64,000 nt of DNA from NCBI GenBank assembly GCA_963829055.1, contig CAWHHI010000009.1, positions 64,001 to 128,000 of the forward strand, read 5' to 3'. The DNA is from an uncultured Gemmatimonadaceae bacterium. Its GTDB lineage: Bacteria; Gemmatimonadota; Gemmatimonadetes; Gemmatimonadales; Gemmatimonadaceae. The position numbers were made by a program, and so were the translations under genes. Under the pieces are notes generated by a model that did no database searches, was not told the DNA's origin, and saw only the letters and a list, made by a program, of their open reading frames with translations. How positions within the stretch are numbered: position 1 is the stretch's first letter; every line of letters begins with the position of its first letter. Positions 52,249-64,000 of this stretch are shown one piece after another.

Positions 52249-54904
52249 TCAGTAATTGAACGTCAGGTTCACACCTAACGTCCGTGGCTGGTTCGTGAGG
52301 TATCCTACACGAGCTCGCGTTCCACGCTCGCGGTCGAGCGACAGCAACGCCCGCTCGTCCGTGACGTTGTTGAGGAACAGCGCCGCTTCCCAGCCCGGTC
52401 GCGTGATCGCCAAGGCGCAGGTTGACCAGATTGTACGCCGGTAGCTCCGGGTCCCACGTGAACGTCGACGCCGTCAGCGGCCCGCCGATCGTGTTCGGCG
52501 CGAACGAGTTCAGGTCGAGCACGCCGAAGCCCGCCGCCTCGTCGTCGATCTGCGTGAAGCGCGAGCCCACGTAATTGTACGTCGCGGTGAGGAACCCGTC
52601 CGACCCCGACCGCAGCGGTCGATGCAGCGTGACCGCGGCCGCGCCCTGCACCTCCGGCACGCTCGGAAGCCGGTTGCCTTCCTCGATGCCCGACACGACG
52701 CTGACCTCCCCCGTGGAGCTCGTCGAGGTCAGGGTGGACCGCAGCTCCGCGTTGTTGAGCGTTCCGGTCAGCGCGAAGTCGAAATACTTGTTAGGTGCCG
52801 CCGTGAGCTCGAGCTCCAGGCCCTGGCTCACCGACTTGGGCACGTTGAAGACGAGCCGCGACGAGCACGAGCCCGCGGTCACGATCAGCTGCAGGTCGCG
52901 AATGTCCATGTAGAACGCGGACACGTTGAGCGACGCGCGCCCATCCATCCACTGGGACTTGGCGCCGACCTCGTAGTTCCACGCCGTCTCGTTCTCCCAC
53001 GACTCTCGACCGCTGAACGTCGCGAGATCCGCCGCCGTGCACAGCGGCACGTTGAGCGGGTCGTTGATGCCGCCGAGTCGGAAGCCCTGCGACGCCTGCG
53101 CGTTGAACGTGAGCCGGTCGTTCGCCTTGAAGCTGGCGATGACGCGCGGAGCGAAGCCGTCGGCGCTCGTGGACCCCGGCGTCGACACCACCGACGTTCC
53201 GGTATTGTCGTTCGCGAAGATGCCGTCGAAGACCTGCTCGCGATCCTCGTTGAAGTTGTAGTAGCGCAGCCCACCCGTGAGGTCGAGCCGGTTCGTCAGG
53301 CTCACCGTCGCTTCGCCGAACACCGCGGTCTGCCTGAGGTCGTACGACAGGTCGGAGTAGAACAGCACATCGGTCGGAGCGATGAGTCCCTTCGTGGGAA
53401 CGCCGGAAGCGGCCTCGAACCCGGACACGTCGAGGCTCTGGCCGTAGTCACGCAGGCTCTTGCTGAAGAAGCCCCCGACGAGCCACCGCGCGCGGCCGCC
53501 CCCACCGGCAAGGCGGAGCTCCTCGGTCACGACGTGACCCTTGGTCGCGTCATCGAGCGGCGAATTGAGCGTGTAGACGTCCTCGGGAAGACCGATGCTG
53601 CCACCGGTGATGCTCGACGTCAGTGCACCGGCGTCGCGCACCACGAGGATGTCGCGGTAGCTGTAGGACGTGACCGACGTCAGGTTCGCCTTCCCGAAGT
53701 CGTACTTCATGTTGAGATCGCCGAGCGTGTAGTTGTCGGTGAACGGCTCGGGGATCTGCGTGAACAGCTCGCGCTCACCTAACGTGACGGGAGGGCGCGT
53801 CGTGGTGTAGGGGTTCGCGAGAATGTTGTACGCGTCGATGCGGTTCCAGCCGTCCGCGCGCACGGTCTGGTAGACGACGCGCGGCGTGATGGTGAATCGG
53901 TCGTTAGGCTGGAACTGGAGCGCGGCACGCACACCGGTGCGTGTGCCGCTGTTCACGTTCTTCTCGACGCGCAGGCTCGGCTGCACCGCGTCCATGTAGC
54001 CACCGAGCTGGTTGTAGTACAACGCCACTCTCCCCGCCGCCCTGTTGCCGATCGGGACGTTCGCGCCGAGCTTGACGTTCGCGCCGATGCCACCACTGAG
54101 AACCTGGCTGGTTCCGACCTCGCCGAACGTGCTGCGAAGTCCGAGCTCCGGCTGGTTCGTGATGTAGCGGACCGTGCCCGCGAGCGACCCCGAGCCGAAC
54201 AGCGTGCCCTGTGGCCCACGCAGGACTTCGACGCGCGAGACGTCGAACAGGTCGAGGTCCGGCGTGAACAACGACAACGAGATGGGCGACTCGTCGAGGT
54301 AGACGCCTGCCTGTTCCTTGACCCCGGGTTGGTCACGCGCGATCTGGCCGGCAGACGCACCGCGGATGGCGACCTGGCTCTGACCGGGCCCGAGGTTCTG
54401 CACACTGAAACCAGCGACGTTCGTCGAGATGCCCTCGATGTTCTCCACTCCGCGCGACCGCAGGTCAGCCGCCGTCGGCGCGGCAACGGAGAAGGGGACG
54501 TCGGCCAGCTCCTGCTCGCGGAGCGTCGCGGTGACGGTGATCGCCTGGAGCGGCAGCGCCTGCAGCGTTAGGTCCACCGTCACGTCCTGATCGACGCGCA
54601 CGTCGGTGCGCGTGGTCCTTCGAAAACCGATCAGCGACGCGGAGACGGTGTAGGTGCCTGACGAGAGACCCGTGATGGTGTACGCACCATCAGCGCGCGT
54701 GGTCGTGCTTCGGGTGACGCCTGTCGCGTTGTTAGTGGCCCTGACCGTCGCCGCTTCCCGCGGGACGCCACCCGAGTCGCTCACTACCCCAGAAATGCGG
54801 CTGCTGCCGGGGGTCTGCGCGAGTGCGGGCGCAATGGCGGGGATACAGAGGAGTGCAGTCGTGAGCGCGACGAAGCTCGAGCACCGGCGAACCAGACAGA
54901 GCAT
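52249..54904 (-). CDS. TonB-dependent receptor with N-terminal carboxypeptidase-regulatory-like domain (frameshift near 52410)
   Basis: ITVTAT TonB-box-like motif; RVEVLRGPQGTLFG plug; the true C-terminus NNVTDE...PRTLGVNLTFNY-TGA is in an alternate frame. Confidence 0.92.
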
Positions 54905-54978
54905 GAAAGCCTCCCGTCAATGGATTTGCCTGCAGTGCGACCAGGTGCGTCGTTGGTATCCCTAGTACATGTGGTTTG

Positions 54979-56208
54979 TCAATGACGGACCGCCGGACGC
55001 TTAGTGGCGCGCCTAACGGCGGTCTCCTTGCGAGCTCGTCCGTTCTGGCGTGCGTGCTTGGCAGGCTCGACCAGTTTCCAGAACTGCCCCTCGCCAATCA
55101 CCTTCACGGCGTGGCCGCGCGCGGCCAACCGGCGGATCTCCATGAGCTTGAGACCTCCAACCGTGCCGGCGACCTGCAACGCGTTAGGTCTGCCGCGCAC
55201 CAGCACGTCCGTCGCCGAGCCAGGCTTGGACTGCACGACCGCGCCCGCCTTCCTCGCGGCGGCGATGGCTTCGCTCCTCGGACGGCTCAGGAATCCCGTG
55301 AAGGACACCCGCTTCCCGACCAGGCTTCCGACGCGACCGAGATGAAGCTCCGTCGGCCGTTGCCGAAGGGCCGCAATGAGCTCGCCCGCGGCTTCGTAGC
55401 GCTTTCCGCGTACGCCAAGGCATCGGTGGATGACTTCCTTGAGGTGGTCGCTGCACGGCAGGCCGCGCACGTCACGACTGCGCATCGGGCTCGTGATGTC
55501 GCCACGCAGCAGCATCGCGGCGATCTGCCCTATCTGATAGATGTCGTCGCGCTGCTGCCAGCGGCGGACCTTCCCCCACGCGATCTCCGTCGGCGCATTG
55601 AAGACGTTGAACGCGTCAGCGGTGACGCCACGTCGGCTGAGCTGATGTGTCGCGATACCGAAGTCGCCGAGCTTCAACTGCTCGTCACCGCAGACGAAGA
55701 CGTTGAACGGCGTGAGGTCGCGGTGCATCGCCTGCCCACGATGCACGACGTCGAGCGCGCGCAGGATGGCCGCGATCTCACGGCGCACGAACCGCTCGGA
55801 CTGCGCGCCCTTGCGAGCGAGCCAGGCGCCGAGGTCCCCGTGTTCCGCGTATTCCATCGCGAGGCAATACCGCATGCGCGACCCATCGACTTCGGCGAAC
55901 CGGTCATACACGCGAAGCGCGCGGGATTCTCGGCCGAGCAGCTCGGCGAAATACGCCTCGCGAAGCCACGCCGTGAGGCGATCGCTGATCTTGATGCAGA
56001 CCTGCTCGGGGAGGTCGTCGCGCGGTGTGGGCGTGGCGAGATACACCTCGCCAAACCCTCCCTTGCCGATCAGCCGGTCGAGTCGGTACGTGCGACCGCT
56101 CTCGTAGCTATAGGCTGTCGGGGCCGTCCCCGGGGAGGAAAGCGCGGCCGGCGCGGCCGCCCCATTGTCCTTGCTGTTCTGCGGAGAAAGTGGGCGGTGC
56201 GTTGCCAT
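54979..56208 (-). CDS. Ser/Thr-kinase-like protein with C-terminal BRCT domain
   Basis: GKGGFGEVY, VCIK, HRDLTPFN, DFG; C-terminal LVGKRVSFTGFL...GAVVQS...TDVLVRG...KVIGEGQFWKLV. Confidence 0.85.
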   Translation of the reverse strand: MATHRPLSPQNSKDNGAAAPAALSSPGTAPTAYSYESGRTYRLDRLIGKGGFGEVYLATPTPRDDLPEQVCIKISDRLTAWLREAYFAELLGRESRALRVYDRFAEVDGSRMRYCLAMEYAEHGDLGAWLARKGAQSERFVRREIAAILRALDVVHRGQAMHRDLTPFNVFVCGDEQLKLGDFGIATHQLSRRGVTADAFNVFNAPTEIAWGKVRRWQQRDDIYQIGQIAAMLLRGDITSPMRSRDVRGLPCSDHLKEVIHRCLGVRGKRYEAAGELIAALRQRPTELHLGRVGSLVGKRVSFTGFLSRPRSEAIAAARKAGAVVQSKPGSATDVLVRGRPNALQVAGTVGGLKLMEIRRLAARGHAVKVIGEGQFWKLVEPAKHARQNGRARKETAVRRATKRPAVRH

Positions 56209-56359
56209 TCGCCATCACGTGAGAGAGCGGGTAATCGACTGACGTTACCACGAGCGTCAAGCCGCGACGATGCGCGTTCGTTCCCGAGCGGAGACACTAT
56301 GATTGGCGCCCGCAGCCTCAGGGCATAAGTTGGCGTAGCGGCGGCCCAGGGAAGCGCGG

Positions 56360-59023
56360 ATGACGACCGAGCTGCAGGAGCACCTTCAGACGATCCTCGG
56401 CGGCGCCTACACACTCGAGCGCGAGCTCGGGGGCGGTGGGATGAGCCGCGTTTTCGTCGCCGAGGAGACGGCGCTCGGGCGGCGTGTGGTGATCAAGGTG
56501 CTCGCGCCGGAGCTCGCCGAGGGCCTCTCGGCCGAGCGGTTCAAGCGCGAGGTCCGCCTCGCCGCCCGGCTGCAGCACCCGCACATTGTCCCGCTGCTCG
56601 CTGCGGGCGCCCTGCCCGGCGGTGGCCTCTACTATACGATGCCCTACGTGGAGGGCGAGAGCCTTCGCGCGCGGCTCGGGCGCGACGGGGCGCTACCGCT
56701 CGCCGACGCCGTCCGTATCGTGGGGGATGTGGCCGGTGCGCTCGCCCACGCGCATCGCGCCGGCGTCGTCCACCGCGACGTCAAGCCCGAGAACATCCTC
56801 ATCGCCGACGGCGGCGCCGTGGTGGCCGACTTCGGCATCGCCAAGGCAATCCACGAGGCGCGTGCGGCGGCTGGTGGAGACGTGCGGCGCTCGTTGACGC
56901 TCACCGCGGAGGGCACGTCGCTGGGCACCCCGACGTACATGGCCCCCGAGCAGGCCCTCGGCGATCTGGTGGACCACCGCGCCGACCTGTACGCGCTCGG
57001 CGCCGTCGCCTACGAACTGCTCGTCGGCCGCGCCCCGTTCGACGGGCGCACGGCCCAGCAGCTCTTGGCCGCCCACGCCACCGAGCCGCCGGAGCCGATC
57101 GCGCGGCGCCGACCCACCACGCCACCCGCGGTCGCTGCGGTCGTAATGCGGCTCCTCGAGAAGAACCCGGCCGACCGACCGCAGTCGGCGGAGGAGGTGC
57201 TGCGTGCGCTCGAGGGAGTCACTGACGCGCCCCGAGTGACCGCGGCATCGGACACCGCCCGGCCTCGCGTCCTCCGTGCGGCGGCCTGGGCGCTCGTCGG
57301 CGTGGCGGCCACGGCGGGCGCGGTCGCGCTCGGCGCCGTGTTGGCCGCGCGGCGGGCGCCTCTCCGCGCGGAGTCGGCGCAGCCGATCGTCGCCTCGATC
57401 GTGGCGCCACCCGGCCACGAGTTGCGGCCGGAGGCCGGGTTCGCGCTCTCGCCGGCCGGCAGCCGCCTCGCATTCGTCGCGGCCGACGCGCGCGGCGCGA
57501 CGGCCATCTGGATCCGTCCGCTCGACAGCCTCACCGCGACGCGCGTCGAGGGCACCGAGCGCGGGTCGGGCCCCTTCTGGTCTCCCGATGGCGCGTCGTT
57601 CGGATTCTTCGCCGGAGGGCAGCTCATGGTCGCCGACCTCCGCGCCCGCACGCGACGCGCGTTGTGCCCTGCGCCACGGCCAGGCGGCGGCGCGTGGACC
57701 GACACCGGCGACATCGTCTACTCTCCCGACGCGATCGGTGCGACGCTGTTCCGGGTGCCGGCCGCCGGCGGGGCGTGCACGGCGCTCACGCGCTCACGCC
57801 CCGGAGACTTCGCCCACCGGCGCCCGTCGGCGCTCCCGGGCGGGCGGCGCGTCCTCTTCAACATCGCCCGCGCGAACGTCGTGCTCGCGGCCGATCTCAC
57901 CACCGGGGAGATCAGCGAAGTCCGGCGTCCAGGAACCGACGGCCAGTTCGCGCGGCCCGACTGGCTGCTCTTCCGCGAGGAGGACGGCGGTCCGCTCTAC
58001 GCGCAGCGCCTCGACCTCGCGACGCTGCGCACGGTCGGCGAGCCGGCCGTCGTGCTCGACCGGGTCAGCGGGTTCGCCGCGTTCGCGAGCCACACGGTGA
58101 CCGAGCACGCACTGGTCACCGTGCCGCCGGCCGCCGCGACGCAGTCGCTCGTGTCGGTGAACCGGAAGTCGGAGGTTGTGGACTCGCTCGTCGTGCCCGC
58201 GAACTCGCTTTCCCAGTTCGGCGCCGGCGGCGTGTTGCACAGCACGTCCCACGACGGGCGCCGGGTCGCGCTCGGCGGGCTCGGCCTGTGGCTTTACGAC
58301 CGCGACCGGCGCGTGGCCACGCGGGCTCGCGTGGAGACGATGGCCGGGCAGGGGATCCGAGACCCTTCGTGGGGCCCGGGCGACTCACTCATCGCGTACA
58401 GCACGGTCTTCCGCGGGCCGCTGATGCTGCGCGTGTATCACGCCGCGACCGGCACGTCGGACTCCCTGTTCGCGTCGGGGCGGCGAATCATCCGGTCACC
58501 CGACTGGTCGCCGGACGGCCGGCGCATCGCGTTCCAACTCGCCGCCGGCGATTCCGTGCTGCAGGACGAGATCTGGGTCTACTCCTTCGCCGAGCGGCGT
58601 GCGGCCCGCCTCTGGGAGCCCGCCGGGAACCTCGCCGCACCCCGCTGGTCCCCGGACGGGCGGTGGCTGGCCTACGTGTCGGACGAGAGCGGCACGCTGG
58701 AGGTGTACGTGCGGCCGGCGTCCGGCCCGGGCGTGACGGCGCGTGTCTCGACAGCCGGCGGCGAGGCCCCGCGCTGGCGTGGGGACGGGCGCGAGCTCTA
58801 CTACCGGGCGCCGGACGGCGCGATCATGGCGGTTGGCGTCCGGTCCGGGCCCGCACTTACCCTCTCGCCGCCACGCGTCGCGGTCGCAGGTCCGCCATTC
58901 AGCCGGTCCGCCCGGGGGTTCGAGGTCAGTCCCGACGGTGAGCAGTTCGTTGCCTTCGAGCGCGAGGCCCCACCGGTCTTCACGCTCGTCGTCAACTGGG
59001 CGGCGCGGCTCACGCCGCCATGA
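56360..59023 (+). CDS. Ser/Thr protein kinase with TM and PD40/TolB-like beta-propeller
   Basis: ELGGGGMSRV, HRDVKPEN, DFG, GTPTYMAPE; WSPDG repeats. Confidence 0.93.
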   Translation: MTTELQEHLQTILGGAYTLERELGGGGMSRVFVAEETALGRRVVIKVLAPELAEGLSAERFKREVRLAARLQHPHIVPLLAAGALPGGGLYYTMPYVEGESLRARLGRDGALPLADAVRIVGDVAGALAHAHRAGVVHRDVKPENILIADGGAVVADFGIAKAIHEARAAAGGDVRRSLTLTAEGTSLGTPTYMAPEQALGDLVDHRADLYALGAVAYELLVGRAPFDGRTAQQLLAAHATEPPEPIARRRPTTPPAVAAVVMRLLEKNPADRPQSAEEVLRALEGVTDAPRVTAASDTARPRVLRAAAWALVGVAATAGAVALGAVLAARRAPLRAESAQPIVASIVAPPGHELRPEAGFALSPAGSRLAFVAADARGATAIWIRPLDSLTATRVEGTERGSGPFWSPDGASFGFFAGGQLMVADLRARTRRALCPAPRPGGGAWTDTGDIVYSPDAIGATLFRVPAAGGACTALTRSRPGDFAHRRPSALPGGRRVLFNIARANVVLAADLTTGEISEVRRPGTDGQFARPDWLLFREEDGGPLYAQRLDLATLRTVGEPAVVLDRVSGFAAFASHTVTEHALVTVPPAAATQSLVSVNRKSEVVDSLVVPANSLSQFGAGGVLHSTSHDGRRVALGGLGLWLYDRDRRVATRARVETMAGQGIRDPSWGPGDSLIAYSTVFRGPLMLRVYHAATGTSDSLFASGRRIIRSPDWSPDGRRIAFQLAAGDSVLQDEIWVYSFAERRAARLWEPAGNLAAPRWSPDGRWLAYVSDESGTLEVYVRPASGPGVTARVSTAGGEAPRWRGDGRELYYRAPDGAIMAVGVRSGPALTLSPPRVAVAGPPFSRSARGFEVSPDGEQFVAFEREAPPVFTLVVNWAARLTPP

Positions 59024-59168
59024 CTCGCCCGCACGCTGCGCCACTCGGCGTGCCGTTCCGGCCGCCTCACCCACCGTTTCGAAACGACTTCTAGAGTCGA
59101 GAGGACGAGGTCGGTAACTTCGCCGGGCGCTTCCCAATAGCACCCCAACCGACGCCATCGAGAACTGG

Positions 59169-59570
59169 ATGACGCCCGTGAGCCGTACGACATTCTCGCC
59201 GCACCACCTCGTGCCCGAAGGCCGCGCCATGCTGTCCTGCTCCTGCCTGATGCCCGACGGGTGGGTGAACGTGCCGCTGCCGGACGAGACGTACGACCTC
59301 GACAACCCCGGCGTGTTTCTGCCGTTGCTCGTGTGCATGGCGCCTTACGGCGCGGTGGTGTTCTCCCTCGGAGCTCGACCCGCATACGCCGACGGATCGG
59401 TACAGGACTGGGCGGAGTTTCTGGCCGCCCAGAACGACCTGCGCATCGAACAGGTCCGGGAGGCGCGCGTCAACCGCATGCCCGGTATCCTCGTCGACGC
59501 GACGATGCCGTCCGAGGCCGGTCTGATGCGGTCGCGGAGCGTCTTTCTCGAGGATGGGCGACGGCTGTTC
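59169..59570 (+). pseudogene. Hypothetical protein, apparently 3'-truncated
   Basis: Codon-biased ORF up to FLEDGRRLF, then reads into the antisense strand of the LysR gene. Confidence 0.6.
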
Positions 59571-60190
59571 GAACTCCCAGCGATACGGCGGCGCGTCGGC
59601 GTCGGGTGCCAGTTGAGGCAGTCGTGCTCGGCCAGCTCGCGCGGGTGCTTCGGCGCGCCGCGCCGCGCGAAGTACGACGGCGCGCCCACGACGGCGAGCC
59701 GAAGGTCGCCGGTCACCGGCACGGCGATCATGTCCTTGTCGATCACCTCGCCGAGCTGGATCCCTGCGTCGAAGCCCTCCGCCACGATGTCGACCGGCGC
59801 GTCGCTCACGACGAGGTCGAGCTGGACGTGCGGGTGCTCCGCGAGGAAGCCGGTGAGGAACGGCTCGCCAATCATCGTCTGCGCGGCGCTCGACGTGTGC
59901 ACGCGCAGCGTGCCGCGCGGCTGGTCGCCCAGCTCGCCGACGGCGGCGACGGCGGCTCGCACTTCGTCGAGCGCCGGACGCACCGACGCGTAGAGCCGCT
60001 CTCCGGCTTCGGTGAGGTGCACGCTCCGCGTCGTCCGCCGCACGAGCGGAACGCCGAGCCGCTCCTCGAGCCGGCGCAGCGTCTGACTCACCGCCGAGTG
60101 GCTCACGCCGAGCCGCTCGCCCGCCGCGCGGAACCCCTTCGCCTCCGCCACGGCGACGAAGGTCGCGATCCCATCGAGCTCGTCGGCCAT
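59565..60190 (-). pseudogene. LysR family regulator, 3'-truncated
   Basis: FVAVAEAKGFRAAGERLGVS...RRTTRSVHLTEAG, GFDAGIQ, HDCL, YRWEFE; LysR similarity stops at about 205 codons. Confidence 0.8.
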
Positions 60191-60340
60191 TGGACGGAAT
60201 ACTGACCAGCGTGGACACCAATGGCAAGTAGATCAACCGAGCCGAGAGCGCTTGATTGAGGCAACGCGCCGGGAATCGCGAGGATCACCGACACCGGCGC
60301 GATACGTGACCCGCAACGGGTCTCCCAGCAGGAGAAGTCT

Positions 60341-61235
60341 ATGCCCGTGACAACACCCGTCCCGTCCATCACGCTGAACAACGGCGTCGAGCTGCCGGCC
60401 CTCGGCCTCGGCGTCTTCCAGAGTCCGCCGGAACAGACGACCTCCGCCGTCGAGGCGGCCCTCGCGGCCGGCTACCGCCTCATCGACACCGCGGCCGCGT
60501 ACGCGAACGAGCGCGAGGTCGGCGAAGGCATCCGCCGCTCCGGCGTTCCTCGCGACGAGGTGTTCATCGAGACGAAAGTCTGGATCAGCGACTACGGCTA
60601 CGACGCCACGCTGCACGCCTTCGAGAAGAGCGCGCGCAAGCTCGGCGTCGACCAGCTCGACCTGCTGCTCCTGCATCAGCCGCTGCCGTCGGCGTTCGAC
60701 CGCACGCTCGACGCCTACCGCGCGCTCGAGAAGCTGCTCGCCGACGGCAAGGTGCGCGCGATCGGCGTGAGCAACTTCATGCCCGAGCACCTCGACCGCC
60801 TGCTGGCCGAGACGTCCGTCGTGCCCGCCGTGAACCAGATCGAGGTCCATCCGTACTTCCAGCAGACGCGCGCTGCAGCGCGTGCACGCCGAGCACGGCA
60901 TCGCGACGCAGGCGTGGTCGCCCATCGGCGGGATCACGTCGTACCGGGGCATGGAGAGGCGCAGCTTCGACGACCCGACGCTGCTCGAGATCGCGCGCCA
61001 GCACGGCAAGTCGCCGCGCAGGTGATGCTCCGCTGGCACCTGCAGGAGGGCCGCTCCGCGATCCCGAAGTCGGTCAGGCCCGAGCGCATCGCCGAGAACT
61101 TCGACGTCTTCGACTTCGAGCTCACGCCGCGAGCAGATCGCCGCGATCGACGCGCTCGACACCGGAGTGCGCGGCGGACCGGAGCCCGACAGCATCACCC
61201 TCGAGGCCTACGGCAGGCCGATCCCCGAGGCGTGA
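60341..61235 (+). CDS. Aldo/keto reductase (2,5-DKG reductase-like; frameshifted)
   Basis: LNNGVELPALGLG, GYRLIDTAAAYANE, AIGVSNF, NQIEVHP, IPKSVRPERIAEN. Confidence 0.92.
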
Positions 61236-61328
61236 GTCGACCGGGTGACATCGACCACGAGAGACGGCGATGAGCAGGCACATTGCCGGCAAGAGCCTGA
61301 CCGCAACGCGTTGAAGGGAGATCCGACC

Positions 61329-62485
<1,157 letters not shown>

Positions 62486-62489
<4 letters not shown>

Positions 62490-63118
62490 AGTCGCTCGTC
62501 ATCGCCGCGACTACCTGCCTCCTGTCCCTGGGCTGCGAGGCCCAGCCACGCCCCGCGCAGGCGCAGCCGTCGAACAGCGAAGAGAAGGTGTTGATCGTGT
62601 ATCTATCCCGCACGAACAACACCAAGGCCATCGCCGAGATGATTCATGAAAAGGTCGGCGGGACGATGGTCCCGCTCGAATTGGAGACGCCGTATCCGAC
62701 TGACTACGCGGCGATCGTGCAGCAGGTCGCGCGGGAGAACGAGACGGGCTACCTGCCGCCGCTGAAGACGAAGATCGACCGGATCGAACAGTACGATATC
62801 GTATTTCTCGGCTTTCCGACGTGGGGAATGCGGCTGCCGCCGCCGGTCAAGAGTTTTCTGCGTCAATACAGTCTGAGTGGGAAGACGGTCATCCCGTTCA
62901 ACACGAACGCGGGATACGGCGAAGGGAGCAGCTTTCAGGCGGTGAGGGAACTCTGCCGGCAGTGCACCGTCGTGGACGGATTCGTGACGAGGGGTGGAGT
63001 GGAAAGGGACGGACAGTATCTGGTCATCAAAGAAGCAAGGGCGGAGGGAGCGAAGAAGGAACTCGAGAACTGGTTAAGGAAGATCGGCGTCGTATCCGCG
63101 CGATTGCACTCGCCGTGA
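62486..63118 (+). CDS. Flavodoxin with signal peptide/lipobox-like N-terminus
   Basis: ATGA overlap with the upstream stop; LSLGC; VYLSRTNNTKAIA, FLGFPTWG, PFNTNAGYG. Confidence 0.88.
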
Positions 63119-63188
63119 GCCGGCCCGTCGCCGCCGAGGTGTAAGCCGCGTTAGGCGCGCTGGGCCGCGGTGAAAGACGGCACGGTGG

Positions 63189-63292
63189 TCACGAGGCGGG
63201 GTCGTCGAGCTCGCGCGTCATCTCGATCATCGTGCGGCGGAAGCCCACCCTCGCGAAGAGCCGCTGCGCGGGGTCGTTCTGCTCGGCCGTCG
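63189..63292 (-). pseudogene. GNAT acetyltransferase C-terminal remnant
   Basis: Minus strand reads TAEQNDPAQRLFARVGFRRTMIEMTRELDDPAS-TGA with no upstream coding part. Confidence 0.6.
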
Positions 63293-63472
63293 CGGATTAC
63301 AGAGGTGCTCCCAGCGCGCGTGCGGGAGAATAGCCGCCCCCAAGCTGTATAGTTGGCTTGGCGGATTAGTCGTTAGGGCCGACGACGTTCGGGAATGGAG
63401 ACGTCTGACCCTCGGTCCTGGTTCCGGCGTCGAGGAGCGCGACGGCGGTGGCAAATGTCGTATGCCGAAGAC

Positions 63473-64000
63473 TCACGGCTGGTATCGCTTGTAGATGATC
63501 GGGTTCGTCGGAAGCTTGTCGCGGTCAATGATCACGCCGTCCTTGATCACCATCCGGATCTTCCGGATGTTCTTGATGTCCTGGAGCGGATCCGCGTCGA
63601 GCATCACCACGTCGGCGATCTTCCCCCGCTCGATCGTTCCTAACGAGTCGCCCATGCGATGAGGCAGGGCCTTCGCGCCGTTCTTCGTCGCGGCGACGAT
63701 CGCCTGCGCCGGCGTCATCCCGAAGTCCACGAGCGATTCGATCGACGCCAGCGTGCCGATGCCGGGCTCTCGCGCGCCCCACTGGTTCGGGTCGCGCGAG
63801 AACTCGATCGCCTGGGCCACCTGGTTGTCCGTTGCCGTCGTGATGGGGCAGCTCGTCTTCACGATTTTCTGGGCGTTGGCGCGCATGACGCGCGCGTTCG
63901 TGGCGCGGATCGAGTCCTCGATCATCTTCTCGGTCATCTTCGGCTTCGGCCAGCTGCGAAGCTCCGTGGGCTCCTTGTTCGCCCCCGCACCTCCAGCGCC
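63473..64000 (-). CDS. Amidohydrolase family protein, C-terminal part (5' end outside the window)
   Basis: ATDN, GMTPAQAIVAATKNGA, LGTIERGKIADVVMLDADPL...VIKDG. Confidence 0.88.
   Translation of the reverse strand, partial: GAGGAGANKEPTELRSWPKPKMTEKMIEDSIRATNARVMRANAQKIVKTSCPITTATDNQVAQAIEFSRDPNQWGAREPGIGTLASIESLVDFGMTPAQAIVAATKNGAKALPHRMGDSLGTIERGKIADVVMLDADPLQDIKNIRKIRMVIKDGVIIDRDKLPTNPIIYKRYQP

Noticed and set aside
52115..52410. Extended C-terminal tail of the TonB receptor in the 929-aa ORF
   Set aside because: Frameshift artefact; the canonical barrel end (…LTFNY-stop at 52249) is in another frame.

Overview
High-GC (~68% by eye) bacterial chromosomal segment. The paralogous kinase-TM-sensor Ser/Thr kinases, BNR/VPS10 hydrolase, S9/M14/M19 peptidases and TonB receptor suggest Gemmatimonadota (inference). 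Many genes carry single-base frameshifts clustered in blocks (~15.3-22.5, 38.3-40.3, 45-49.3 and 60.8-62.3 kb), while other stretches are clean; I read most of these as long-read consensus errors. Content in order: a Wzx/Wzy-type polysaccharide locus (0.1-13 kb); a GNAT and an orphan helical protein; a catabolic operon (S9 peptidase, enoyl-CoA hydratase, FAD/Fe-S oxidoreductase, GntP permease); AraC-amidase-alcohol dehydrogenase; a decaying integron cassette array with attC sites but no integrase in the window (26.4-31.7 kb); assorted hydrolases; an S1 protease followed by a BsuPI-like inhibitor; a TonB receptor; a kinase-BRCT fusion; and a truncated LysR with an aldo-keto reductase/flavodoxin cluster. 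The most unusual signals are: (1) a dispersed, strongly over-represented CCTAACG/CGTTAGG motif that sits inside genes via rare codons and overlaps the integron core site; (2) the cassette array; (3) the kinase-BRCT fusion; (4) a ~410-bp nested fold-back containing a REP-like unit that recurs in the window. No rRNA, tRNA, CRISPR array, transposase or integrase was recognised. All annotations are by-eye motif recognition; no searches were run.
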